A stretch of 41,109 nucleotides of DNA. It comes from a virus. A program made the translations under genes and the position numbers. Positions 18,470 through 27,181 of the stretch are shown piece after piece (positions within the stretch are counted from its first letter, which is position 1; each line of letters starts with the position of its first letter). The stretch lies in the UHGV virus genome UHGV-0441209; one strand, written 5' to 3'. The notes under the pieces are model-generated. The model saw nothing but the letters and a program-made list of their open reading frames with translations. It did no database searches and was not told where the DNA came from.

Positions 18470-20887
18470 ATGTTAAAAGTTTCAGAAAGATTTTTAGAAA
18501 AAATAAAAAGCATGGATAGAAATATCGTCACTCGTATAACTGCAAAAAATAAAGTATACACTGGTAATGATGTTAATTATTTAAAACTTGACTATGGTGC
18601 AATGGTCGGAGACAGCCTACAAATTGGCTCTACGTATTCTAACTCTTTAGAAATAGAATTTTGTTCAGTAATTACAGAGTTTGAAGAGATGGACGAAATC
18701 GTAATTGAATTAGGTGTTGTAATTCATGATGCAGAAAGTGATATCAGTTCAGTTAAACCGGCAAAAGTAGGCTCAGCTAAGATAGGTTCAGCTAAATTAG
18801 TTGGATATAAGCCAACTGAATATGAATATGTTAATATGGGAACTTTCTATATTACAGAATCAGATCCTGATAGAAATGAGAAAAAGACTACAATTAAAGC
18901 TTTAGACAGTTTCGTTTATATGGAAGGAATGTACAAGTCAAAATTACCTGAAATGGAAACAATAAGAAATATTGCAATTGATATTGCTAATAAAGCTGGT
19001 ATTAAAGTTGATTTATCGTCATTTAATGGATTAAGCACGGTTAGAATAAAAACTCCTAAAAACTGTACTTATAGACAAGCAATTGGAATGATAGCACAAT
19101 TTGAATGCGGATACGCTCATTTTAATAGAGATGGACTTTTAACTATAAGAAATCTGACAGATCCACGCTTTCAAATAACGCCAAGTGAATACTTTATGAA
19201 AGGCCTAAAAAAGAACGAATTAATGTACAAGCTTGGCGGTATTTCTTGTGAAGTAAGATCTGATGAAGAAGGTAGTAGTGAAACTATATTACTTAAAGCT
19301 GGTTCCGATAAAGGAGCTCAGATAAAGTTATCTAATAATTCTATGACACAAACATTATTAGATGATATGTATGTGAAATTAAGGAATTTAAACTTTTACC
19401 CATACAATTTATCTTGGCGAGGTAATCCAGCATTGGAAGTTGGAGATTGGATTACTTTTACAGATAGAGAAGGTAACAAATTCAAAAGTCCTAATCTAAG
19501 CTATTCTTTAGAATATAGAGGTGACTTAAAAGGAACGAGTTCAGCCGACACTAAAGCTATTTCATCACAAACAACTCAATTCAAAGGACCTATTCAACAA
19601 CAACTAGATGATTTATATTCTAGAGTTGATGCTGCTGGTAAAAATAATGTATATGATGGGACAGACGAACCTAAAAATCCGAAAGAAGGGGACCTGTGGT
19701 TTAAACCTAATGGCCCAGATACTGAAATTTGGATATATAGAGATGGAAAATGGGTAATGCAAACCTCAACTGCTTTAGATGAAGATATTAAGGAGAAAAT
19801 TGAAAATTCTACCCCTTCCGACGAAATCGTGAAAACAATTAATTTAAGTCAAGAAATGGATGGAAAAGAATGGCTTAAAATTACAGGTGCAAAAATTTGG
19901 CTAACAGATCAAACAAAAATTGATGATGCGATTATTACTCACGGGATGATAGGTTCTGTAGATGCTGGAACAATAAAAGTAGGAACTTTAGATGCTGGTA
20001 AAATAAGAGTAGTTAATCTTGATGCTAGCGCAATTAGTACGGGTACTTTGACTGCAATTAATATTGAAGGAGTAAGAATAAAGAGTGCTACAATAACGTC
20101 AATAGGACAAGATTTCACGATGATAGAAGATAATGGGTCAATTACTTGGAAAAGAAATAGTGATCAAAAAGAAATTTTCAAATTCTATACTACTCTCATA
20201 AATCAAAAAGAAGGAAATGTTAGGTTAGAAGTTTCAGATGAAGGATCTTTTACGATATTTAATAAAAAGCTTAATAAAGCATTTTTGTCATTTTTTGGCG
20301 CCACTAATAACATGTCAGGGACAGCTAATTTAGATAATTTTTATGTTGTTGGTAGTGGTCATAGTTTGAATTTTGCACCTGGGAGCTTTGGTTATTCTTC
20401 TACAGCCAGTAAGAGTCCTAGTTTAAATGTGAGTAGCAGTGGTTTTAGTATAGGGAATAATGATACTAAAGTATTAGGATCATCTGGAGGAAGGATTAGT
20501 ATATCCGCTACTTCTACAAGTGTCACAGGAAATCTTAGTGTTACTGGCTCTAAAAATTCTCTTGTTGATACAGAAAACTATGGACAGCGTTTATTAAATG
20601 CTTATGAAACTCCAGAATACTATTTTGCAGATTATGGAAAATCAGTAACTGGATCAGATGGCCAAGTAAAAATTGAAATCGAATCTATTTTCTTAGAAAC
20701 AATTTTTACTAACAATGAAAACTACCATGTTATGTTAAGTCCTTACGGAGAAGGTTCAATTTGGGTAGAAGAAATAAAGAGTACCTATTTTATTGTAAAA
20801 AGTGACAAGCCAGAAATACCTTTTTCTTGGAATATTATTGCATATAGAAAAAATTATGAAGATGTTAGACTGAACCAACCTCAATAG
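18470..20887 (+). CDS. phage tail tip protein (Tal-like or fused Dit-Tal)
   Basis: 806 aa after the TMP/Dit position. An N-terminal prophage-tail-type region (MLKVSERFLEKIKSM...) and a repetitive beta-rich C-terminus. Confidence 0.55.
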   Translation: MLKVSERFLEKIKSMDRNIVTRITAKNKVYTGNDVNYLKLDYGAMVGDSLQIGSTYSNSLEIEFCSVITEFEEMDEIVIELGVVIHDAESDISSVKPAKVGSAKIGSAKLVGYKPTEYEYVNMGTFYITESDPDRNEKKTTIKALDSFVYMEGMYKSKLPEMETIRNIAIDIANKAGIKVDLSSFNGLSTVRIKTPKNCTYRQAIGMIAQFECGYAHFNRDGLLTIRNLTDPRFQITPSEYFMKGLKKNELMYKLGGISCEVRSDEEGSSETILLKAGSDKGAQIKLSNNSMTQTLLDDMYVKLRNLNFYPYNLSWRGNPALEVGDWITFTDREGNKFKSPNLSYSLEYRGDLKGTSSADTKAISSQTTQFKGPIQQQLDDLYSRVDAAGKNNVYDGTDEPKNPKEGDLWFKPNGPDTEIWIYRDGKWVMQTSTALDEDIKEKIENSTPSDEIVKTINLSQEMDGKEWLKITGAKIWLTDQTKIDDAIITHGMIGSVDAGTIKVGTLDAGKIRVVNLDASAISTGTLTAINIEGVRIKSATITSIGQDFTMIEDNGSITWKRNSDQKEIFKFYTTLINQKEGNVRLEVSDEGSFTIFNKKLNKAFLSFFGATNNMSGTANLDNFYVVGSGHSLNFAPGSFGYSSTASKSPSLNVSSSGFSIGNNDTKVLGSSGGRISISATSTSVTGNLSVTGSKNSLVDTENYGQRLLNAYETPEYYFADYGKSVTGSDGQVKIEIESIFLETIFTNNENYHVMLSPYGEGSIWVEEIKSTYFIVKSDKPEIPFSWNIIAYRKNYEDVRLNQPQ

Positions 20888-20903
20888 TGGAAAAGGAGAA
20901 TAT

Positions 20904-21035
20904 ATGATGCCTATAAAAGAAATGGAAATTTCGTCAGAACAAGTAATTGATCAATTATTAAAAAAAATAACAGAGTTAGAATATGAAAATGCAGCTTTAA
21001 AAGCAGTTCTATCTAATAAAGACAGTAATGATTAA
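20904..21035 (+). CDS. small coiled-coil protein (43 aa), not in the ORF track
   Basis: GGAAAAGGAGAA ribosome binding site 4 nt before ATGATG. MMPIKEMEISSEQVIDQLLKKITELEYENAALKAVLSNKDSND. It exactly fills the gap between the two tail genes. Confidence 0.4.
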   Translation: MMPIKEMEISSEQVIDQLLKKITELEYENAALKAVLSNKDSND

Positions 21036-21046
21036 GGAGTGTTTTT

Positions 21047-22069
21047 ATGTCTTATGAAAAACAGCATTGGCAAACATATGATGAATTAAAGACAGAAGAA
21101 GAGAATAAAGCGTTAGGTGCAGTTGTAACATCTGAACGCATGAATCATGTAGAAGATGGAATCGCAATCTCACACGAAAACATTGATAGTCATACTAAGC
21201 AGTTTGATAATCCTCATAAGGTAACTTCTGAACAGGTAGGAGCTTATACTAAAGAAGAATCTAATAAAAAATTCGCAGCATTGGGCAGTTCGTATACAAA
21301 AAAAGAATCAGAGGATTTATTTATTGAACAAGCTGAAGCAGAAAATGGTCTATTTGTAAGGAAAAATTCTAAAATATTAGATTTAAATGATGCTGTGGAT
21401 CCAGGTATTTATTCGATTCCAGCTACAGGGGTGGAAAATAAACCATTACCAAACTCTGGAAGCTTGATTGTTAATAAAGATTCAGGTGGAGTCAGACAAT
21501 TATTTCAAACAGAACGGACAGTTGTTATTCGCCAATTTGGTGGAATCCCTTCAACATGGACAGACTGGAAAGAAGTCGCATTTGCACCGAATGTTGTGAA
21601 TTTAACTGAACCCCAGCGTATAGGTGGGATTAAAGAGTTTTCTGAAATTCCTTTAGTAAATGGAAAAGAAGTTGCTTTAAAAGATGAAACGTTTATTTAC
21701 AAAAAAGCAGGACTGGATGAAGTAGAAGCTGCATACAGAAGTGCTTTTGGAGCAGAAACCAATATTCTTTTAGTTCGTAAGGGAAATAAGGTCGATGCTT
21801 ATTTGCGAGTTAATGTGGTGGATGTAGAAAAATTAAAGCCAAACATGGTCCAAATTTTTAAAATTCCTAAAGGATTTATGATTGATCAAGAAATGAGAGC
21901 AGGATATTGGAATACCGCATTAACAACTGTGCAATATACCTATCCTCAAGGTAATTATGGAGCATTATATGAGGAAGGCGTGAAGGGAATTAGGTTTGGT
22001 AGTGACAGAAAAGGGAATCATTATGTTTGTGGTAGTTGGTACACTGCAGATGCTTTCCCGGAAACATAA
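21047..22069 (+). CDS. tail fibre / receptor-binding protein candidate
   Basis: 340 aa, last structural gene before the lysis cassette. AAGGAG ribosome binding site. Confidence 0.45.
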   Translation: MSYEKQHWQTYDELKTEEENKALGAVVTSERMNHVEDGIAISHENIDSHTKQFDNPHKVTSEQVGAYTKEESNKKFAALGSSYTKKESEDLFIEQAEAENGLFVRKNSKILDLNDAVDPGIYSIPATGVENKPLPNSGSLIVNKDSGGVRQLFQTERTVVIRQFGGIPSTWTDWKEVAFAPNVVNLTEPQRIGGIKEFSEIPLVNGKEVALKDETFIYKKAGLDEVEAAYRSAFGAETNILLVRKGNKVDAYLRVNVVDVEKLKPNMVQIFKIPKGFMIDQEMRAGYWNTALTTVQYTYPQGNYGALYEEGVKGIRFGSDRKGNHYVCGSWYTADAFPET

Positions 22070-22148
22070 AATAATGATGGAATAAACTAAAGATAAACCG
22101 TTTAGCGAAAGCTAAGCGGTTTTATTGTAAGTAGAAAGTAGGTGCAGG

Positions 22149-22370
22149 ATGAACTTAACACTAGAACAATGGTTAGCGGTGATTACATTTTTAAGCGGAA
22201 TTATCTTCGCATTAATGAAATTCTATCATGTCTTCTCTCAATTAGAAGATAGCATGAAAGAACTAAAACAGGCTGTTGACCGATTAAATAACCATGAAGT
22301 GCGCATTAGTCGATTGGAAGAACAAAATAAAACCCTCTTTCGAGGAATTGGAGGAAATAAAAATGATTGA
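22149..22370 (+). CDS. XhlA-like membrane protein (lysis accessory)
   Basis: N-terminal TM helix (LAVITFLSGIIFALM) plus a coiled coil. Position before the holin, as in the Bacillus xhlA-xhlB-xlyA arrangement. Confidence 0.5.
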   Translation: MNLTLEQWLAVITFLSGIIFALMKFYHVFSQLEDSMKELKQAVDRLNNHEVRISRLEEQNKTLFRGIGGNKND

Positions 22371-22599
22371 TTGGAAATCAAGAATAAAAAATAAACAATT
22401 CTGGTTGTCTCTTATTCCTGCAGTTTTGCTAGTTATTCAAGTAGTTGCAGTTCCTTTTGGGTATAAATTTCAAATTGATGTGATTAATCAGCAACTGCTA
22501 GATGTTGTCAATGCAGTGTTTGTTGTATTAACTATTTTAGGAATTGTGACAGACCATACAACGCCTGGTTTATCAGATAAAAAGGAGACAAATAAATGA
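22364..22599 (+). CDS. holin
   Basis: 78 aa, two TM helices ([18 protein letters not shown]; [15 protein letters not shown]) and a charged C-terminus. Immediately upstream of and overlapping the endolysin. Confidence 0.65.
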
Positions 22600-23897
22600 A
22601 AAAGAAAATTTTAGCAGGAGCGCTTGTCGCTCTGTTTTTTATGCCTACTGCTGTATTTGCCGCAAAAGGTGACCAAGGCGTTGACTGGGCGATTTATCAA
22701 GGTGAACAAGGTCGTTTTGGCTATGCGCATGATAAATTCGCTATTGCCCAGATTGGTGGCTACAATGCTAGCGGTATTTATGAACAATACACATATAAAA
22801 CGCAAGTAGCAAGTGCTATTGCTCAAGGTAAACGTGCGCATACCTATATTTGGTATGACACTTGGGGAAACATGGACATTGCGAAAACAACAATGGATTA
22901 CTTTTTGCCACGTATTCAAACGCCTAAAAATTCCATCGTTGCATTAGATTTTGAACATGGAGCGTTGGCTAGTGTTCCAGATGGATATGGAGGATATGTA
23001 AGTTCAGATGCCGAAAAAGCAGCAAATACAGAGACAATTTTGTACGGTATGCGCAGAATCAAACAGGCTGGCTATACTCCAATGTATTACAGCTATAAGC
23101 CATTTACACTAAATCATGTAAACTATCAACAAATCATCAAAGAGTTTCCTAATTCTTTATGGATTGCTGCGTATCCTATCGATGGTGTGTCACCATATCC
23201 ATTGTATGCTTATTTCCCAAGCATGAATGGTATTGGCATTTGGCAATTCACATCCGCTTATATTGCAGGTGGTTTAGATGGTAACGTAGATTTAACAGGA
23301 ATTACGGATAGTGGTTATACAGAAACCAATAAACCAGAAACGGACACGCCAGCAATAGATGCAGGTGAAGAAATCGAAAAAACACCGAATTCTGATGTTA
23401 AAGTTGGTGATACCGTCAAAGTGAAATTTAATGTCGATGCTTGGGCAACTGGTGAAGCTATTCCGCAATGGGTAAAAGGAAACAGCTATAAAGTACAAGA
23501 AGTAACTGGAAGCAGAGTATTGCTTGAAGGTATCTTGTCATGGATTAGCAAAGGCGATATTGAATTATTGCCAGATTCAACAACTGTTCCTGACAAGCAA
23601 CCAGAAGCAACCCATGTGGTACAATACGGCGAAACATTATCAAGTATTGCTTATCAATACGGAACAGACTATCAAACCTTAGCTTCGTTAAATGGATTGG
23701 CCAATCCAAATCTTATTTACCCTGGACAAGTTTTGAAAGTCAATGGATCAGTAGTAAGCAACGTTTATACAGTCCAATACGGTGATAATTTATCTAGCAT
23801 TGCAGCTAAACTTGGTACGACTTATCAAGCTTTAGCACAACGAAACGGGTTAGTTAACCCTAACTTGATTTATCCAGGGCAAACCTTAAACTATTGA
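22596..23897 (+). CDS. endolysin: signal peptide + GH25 muramidase + SH3b-like + 2x LysM
   Basis: N-terminal [25 protein letters not shown] is signal-peptide-like. GVDWAIYQG...FAIAQIG...AHTYIWY...VALDFE are GH25-like blocks. Two C-terminal LysM repeats ([28 protein letters not shown]...PGQVLKV and [29 protein letters not shown]...PGQTL). Confidence 0.8.
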   Translation: MKKKILAGALVALFFMPTAVFAAKGDQGVDWAIYQGEQGRFGYAHDKFAIAQIGGYNASGIYEQYTYKTQVASAIAQGKRAHTYIWYDTWGNMDIAKTTMDYFLPRIQTPKNSIVALDFEHGALASVPDGYGGYVSSDAEKAANTETILYGMRRIKQAGYTPMYYSYKPFTLNHVNYQQIIKEFPNSLWIAAYPIDGVSPYPLYAYFPSMNGIGIWQFTSAYIAGGLDGNVDLTGITDSGYTETNKPETDTPAIDAGEEIEKTPNSDVKVGDTVKVKFNVDAWATGEAIPQWVKGNSYKVQEVTGSRVLLEGILSWISKGDIELLPDSTTVPDKQPEATHVVQYGETLSSIAYQYGTDYQTLASLNGLANPNLIYPGQVLKVNGSVVSNVYTVQYGDNLSSIAAKLGTTYQALAQRNGLVNPNLIYPGQTLNY

Positions 23898-23963
23898 AAA
23901 AAATTCTTGCCTGAAAGTAAAAATAATTGTATATTAGACATACAATAAAGGAGTCATTCACTT

Positions 23964-23998
23964 AAACCGTCCTTGCCAAGGGACGGTTTTTGTTTTAC
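23964..23998 (+). terminator. Rho-independent terminator after the lysis cassette
   Basis: AAACCGTCC-ttgccaag-GGACGGTTT then TTTGTTTT. Confidence 0.75.
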
Positions 23999-24255
23999 AT
24001 AAAAAAATCTGTATAGTATACTTTCTTTAGTGATGACATTCACTATAGAATCTCAATTAATGACAAAATCACTCACCGTCATACGACAGATTGTGGGTGA
24101 TTTTGTTTTTTTAGTCGCCTTCCCCAAGGTGGCTCTTTTTTGTAATTATGAAATTAAAGATTTGTAACATGAATTTAAATATTCTTGCCAGATACTTACC
24201 CATTGTGATATTATGTTATTCAAGAGTAACAAGTTTGTGAATAGTAGGTGTGGAA

Positions 24256-24642
24256 ATGTCGAGTGAAGAATTATTTACTAAAGTCAACCTTTTTCTCACA
24301 ACTTTCAAAGAATGTGTTTCTGATGGACATGTAAGTTTTTCTGAAGTTAATGCAAAAACAACTAGATTCTTAAGGGCATATGGTATAACTGTTGCTGCAA
24401 TGCATAACTTTATCATAGAAAATATAGAAGAAAAGCATTATTTTAGAGGACCCTCAGAGCATCACAGAGCCTCGAATAGAACTGTGACAGAATTCGGCTT
24501 AGTTTGGGATGAAATAAAAGTGTATGTGAAGTTGGAATTGATAGCACAAGAGAATAATTTTGTTGCAGCATATATGTCTTTTCATCCTAGAGAACAAGAA
24601 ATTGATTGCTTTCCATTAGACTATAAGGGAGAGGTGATTTAG
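24256..24642 (+). CDS. MqsR-like toxin (putative RNase toxin of the toxin-antitoxin-chaperone module)
   Basis: By-eye alignment to E. coli MqsR: AMHNFIIENIEEKHYFRG vs GMCNVIIGLSESDFYKSM; LVWDEIKVY vs TIWQDVYRP; FVAAYMSFHPRE vs VLIVSFKEK. The toxin is encoded upstream of the HTH antitoxin, as in mqsRA. AGGTG ribosome binding site before the ATG at 24256. Confidence 0.45.
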   Translation: MSSEELFTKVNLFLTTFKECVSDGHVSFSEVNAKTTRFLRAYGITVAAMHNFIIENIEEKHYFRGPSEHHRASNRTVTEFGLVWDEIKVYVKLELIAQENNFVAAYMSFHPREQEIDCFPLDYKGEVI

Positions 24643-24643
24643 T

Positions 24644-25342
24644 ATGTCTAAAATTATAGAAAAGTTTTCATATGAAACTAATCAAAATGAAAGATACGAA
24701 GTAATTTTTTTAGAAGAAGACGTTACAATTAAAAACGATACATTTAAAGTCAAACATGAATATTATAAAAGAATATCAGATGATGAATTATTTGAACCAT
24801 TTTCTAACCCAGATCAAAATTTAGAAAAAGACTATAATATTTACAGAGAAAGACACAATTTGTTATCTGCTAAAAAAGTAAAAGAAATTAGAGAAAAATA
24901 CGAACTAACTATAAGAGATTTTTCAGTATTGCTGGGTATTAGTTATAGTAACTTATCTTCTATTGAGAACGGTAGTATTCAAGCTAATTATATTGATTCT
25001 TTGATACGACTAGCAGATGACCCATATGCCTTTTACAAATGTATTGTAAAAATAAAGGGAAAAAAAGTTCTTAAAGAAAAAGTATATAATAGACTAGAAA
25101 AATTATTGGAGGATCTAATATTAAATAGCTATTCTGAACATCAACAAATAGCTCAAAAAGTATACGGTTGTCAGTTAGATCTAAGAAATAATATTATTAG
25201 AATTGCTAACGTAATGGAGTTTGAAACTGAAAATCGCATTAAAGGAGAATTGAAATGGGAAAAATCAAATTCAAACGAATCAATAGTGGAATCGAATCTC
25301 TTCAGTTTGGCTTGGCCGAAATCGAAGAGAGTATATCAGTAA
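24644..25342 (+). CDS. HTH-Xre antitoxin with long C-terminal extension (candidate chaperone-addiction region)
   Basis: Central Cro/C1-type HTH (KKVKEIREKYELTIRDFSVLLGISYSNLSSIENG). Its start is 1 nt after the toxin stop. It carries about 120 extra residues after the HTH. It is followed by a SecB-like gene. Confidence 0.5.
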   Translation: MSKIIEKFSYETNQNERYEVIFLEEDVTIKNDTFKVKHEYYKRISDDELFEPFSNPDQNLEKDYNIYRERHNLLSAKKVKEIREKYELTIRDFSVLLGISYSNLSSIENGSIQANYIDSLIRLADDPYAFYKCIVKIKGKKVLKEKVYNRLEKLLEDLILNSYSEHQQIAQKVYGCQLDLRNNIIRIANVMEFETENRIKGELKWEKSNSNESIVESNLFSLAWPKSKRVYQ

Positions 25343-25641
25343 ATGGACAATTTAAATTAGAGGTAAACAAAGAAGAATCAAAATTATTAAAATTAGATGC
25401 TCATGTTGAGCTATATAAAGATAAAAGTGAAGATTCTTTTATGCAACTAAATTTTTATGGTATTTATGAAACTGATAATAATGATCCTAATCTGACATTA
25501 GTAGATATAGATAATTCAACAGATTTATTAAAAGATATTGTTCCAGAATTAAATAGAGTACTGACGTTCATAACCAAAGAAGGGCTAGGATCATCATTAG
25601 AGCTTCCAGAAAATTTTTCGGAAATACACAAAGAGTCTTAA
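25255..25641 (+). CDS. SecB-like chaperone
   Basis: By-eye alignment to E. coli SecB: [14 protein letters not shown] vs [42 protein letters not shown] vs [38 protein letters not shown] ribosome binding site 5 nt before the ATG. It overlaps the antitoxin 3' end by 88 nt in another frame. Confidence 0.6.
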   Translation: [128 protein letters not shown]

Positions 25642-25661
25642 AGTAAATTAGGATTCTTTCA

Positions 25662-25735
25662 GGACCATTAGCTCAGTTGGTTAGAGCAAACGGCTCATAA
25701 CCGTTCGGTCACAGGTTCGAGTCCTGTATGGTCCA
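25662..25735 (+). tRNA. tRNA-Met/Ile2 (anticodon CAT)
   Basis: Cloverleaf: acceptor GGACCAT/ATGGTCC. D arm is AGCTCAGTTGGTTAGAGC. Anticodon arm is AACGG-CTCATAA-CCGTT. T arm is CAGGTTCGAGTCCTG. Discriminator is A and no CCA is encoded. Confidence 0.85.
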
Positions 25736-25741
25736 TAGTAA

Positions 25742-25785
25742 AACACCTACCTCTTTTTCTTATGAGAGATAGGTGTTTTTATGTT
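25742..25785 (+). terminator. Rho-independent terminator after the tRNA
   Basis: AACACCTACCTCT...AGAGATAGGTGTT followed by a T run. Confidence 0.7.
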
Positions 25786-25802
25786 ATGGCAATATTTTTT
25801 TG

Positions 25803-25830
25803 TTGAAAAATAGAACAAACGTTCGTATAA
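25803..25830 (+). promoter_or_regulatory. Consensus sigma-70 promoter (TTGAAA-17 nt-TATAAT)
   Basis: TTGAAA at 25803-25808, a 17-nt spacer, TATAAT at 25825-25830; about 25 nt upstream of the 25856 gene. Confidence 0.6.
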
Positions 25831-25855
25831 TGTTTCTGATAGGAGAGTGTATCAG

Positions 25856-26341
25856 ATGGTGAGACGAACTAAAAAAGAGTTTAAACCTTACAACGATTAT
25901 GTTGACCGTCCTTTTGAATTAAAGTGGCCAACGGCGTTTCCGTTAGGCGAATTGACTGAAGCAATAAAGAATACTGATGAATATCACGCTCGAAATATTG
26001 AGAGGCTACCACAGCAATCACAGCGACAAATAGAATATTTTTTAGATCGCTCTATTAAGCAAAACAAAGTGCTAGAGATTCAATTGAATTCGTTAGATGA
26101 ATATGACCGAGTTAAGCCACATGTTTTTGGTGTTTTCCGTGGGATGGCAGAATTCGATGTTGTGCTGATTGGTGAACAAGAAATCGATTTTTATGATATT
26201 AGAAACATTCAGATTCATAATTTCACCAAGTGGAGTGAAGAACATATACTTGAAGAAAATCCATTTGAAGAAGAAACGGAACATTGCGAAACGATAGATG
26301 AATTCGTAGACGAATATTTCGATGATGAATGGATAGAATAA
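25856..26341 (+). CDS. acidic hypothetical protein (moron; possible anti-defence / DNA-mimic candidate)
   Basis: AGGAGAG ribosome binding site, then ATG at 25856 (the track start 25847 is a GTG). The C-terminus is extremely acidic (EENPFEEETEHCETIDEFVDEYFDDEWIE). It has its own promoter and a flanking terminator. Confidence 0.5.
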   Translation: MVRRTKKEFKPYNDYVDRPFELKWPTAFPLGELTEAIKNTDEYHARNIERLPQQSQRQIEYFLDRSIKQNKVLEIQLNSLDEYDRVKPHVFGVFRGMAEFDVVLIGEQEIDFYDIRNIQIHNFTKWSEEHILEENPFEEETEHCETIDEFVDEYFDDEWIE

Positions 26342-26342
26342 T

Positions 26343-26380
26343 AAAACCCCAACTCTTATCTTGAGTTGGGGTTTTATTTT
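26343..26380. terminator. Bidirectional rho-independent terminator
   Basis: AAAACCCCAACTC-ttatctt-GAGTTGGGGTTTT, with A and T runs on both sides. It sits between convergent genes. Confidence 0.75.
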
Positions 26381-26431
26381 ATGGACTAATCAATTTTCTA
26401 ACTGCTTACTAGTAAATTGAAGAAGCTAAAT

Positions 26432-26584
26432 TTATTTAAGAATTCCAAAACGTAAGACTATATCTATTAGAAGTATGCTAACAATAATCCACAAAGTTAT
26501 ACGTTTGTGAATAGGTTTACAGTCATGAAAAATACTTCTTATTTGTTGTCTTCGTTTGCTTAAACGTTTTTTTAATTTTGCCAT
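26432..26584 (-). CDS. small basic membrane peptide (50 aa), not in the ORF track
   Basis: Minus-strand ORF MAKLKKRLSKRRQQIRSIFHDCKPIHKRITLWIIVSILLIDIVLRFGILK, with GGAGA 6 nt upstream and 21 nt downstream of the SHOCT gene. A basic N-terminus followed by one TM helix. Confidence 0.3.
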   Translation of the reverse strand: MAKLKKRLSKRRQQIRSIFHDCKPIHKRITLWIIVSILLIDIVLRFGILK

Positions 26585-26605
26585 AACATATCTCCGAAAT
26601 ATCTA

Positions 26606-27181
26606 TTATAAGTCTAACAATTTCTGTTTCTTTTTATCAAATTCCTCTTGAGAAAGAATCCCCATATCTAAAAGTTCTTTTAATTTTTTTAAATTATCAA
26701 ATTGGTCTATTGCAGTATCACTTGATGTTTGTGTTTCTATGTTATCCAATATATAGTTTAAACCACCTAAAATTTCCTTTGCGGTGTTTGCCATTTGCTT
26801 ATACATGAATTTTGACTTGTCAATTTTAAAAGTTATTAGCTTTATGAACTTAGTAGGTTTAGGACTATTTTTAACGTGAATCATTATATCTAATTGGGAG
26901 CAATAATCTTTATCTTCTTTTTTTATTTTTGATGCACCGGTAATCGCAGCACCTGAAGTTCCAAATAGTATTCCGCCTAATGCTGCTCTTCCTAAGCTTA
27001 TGCCTCCATGAGTAACTTGATTTCCATCTTCGATTAGTTCAAAGCTGATTAAATCAGTATAATTAAAAATTTCACTTTTATATTTAAATAGTTTTCTTGC
27101 TTCATCTATTTTTATAGGGCCGTAGGAGCTAGTTTCTGTAAATTCAATATCATCTTTCTTTTTATGTTTGAATAAACCCAT
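26606..27181 (-). CDS. SHOCT-domain protein (N-terminal PH-like domain + Gly-rich segment + C-terminal SHOCT)
   Basis: C-terminal LKKLKELLDMGILSQEEFDKKKQKLLDL is a SHOCT motif. AAAGGTGGA ribosome binding site before the internal Met (MGLFKHKKKDD...), so the track's 27307 start is probably an over-extension. Confidence 0.5.
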   Translation of the reverse strand: MGLFKHKKKDDIEFTETSSYGPIKIDEARKLFKYKSEIFNYTDLISFELIEDGNQVTHGGISLGRAALGGILFGTSGAAITGASKIKKEDKDYCSQLDIMIHVKNSPKPTKFIKLITFKIDKSKFMYKQMANTAKEILGGLNYILDNIETQTSSDTAIDQFDNLKKLKELLDMGILSQEEFDKKKQKLLDL

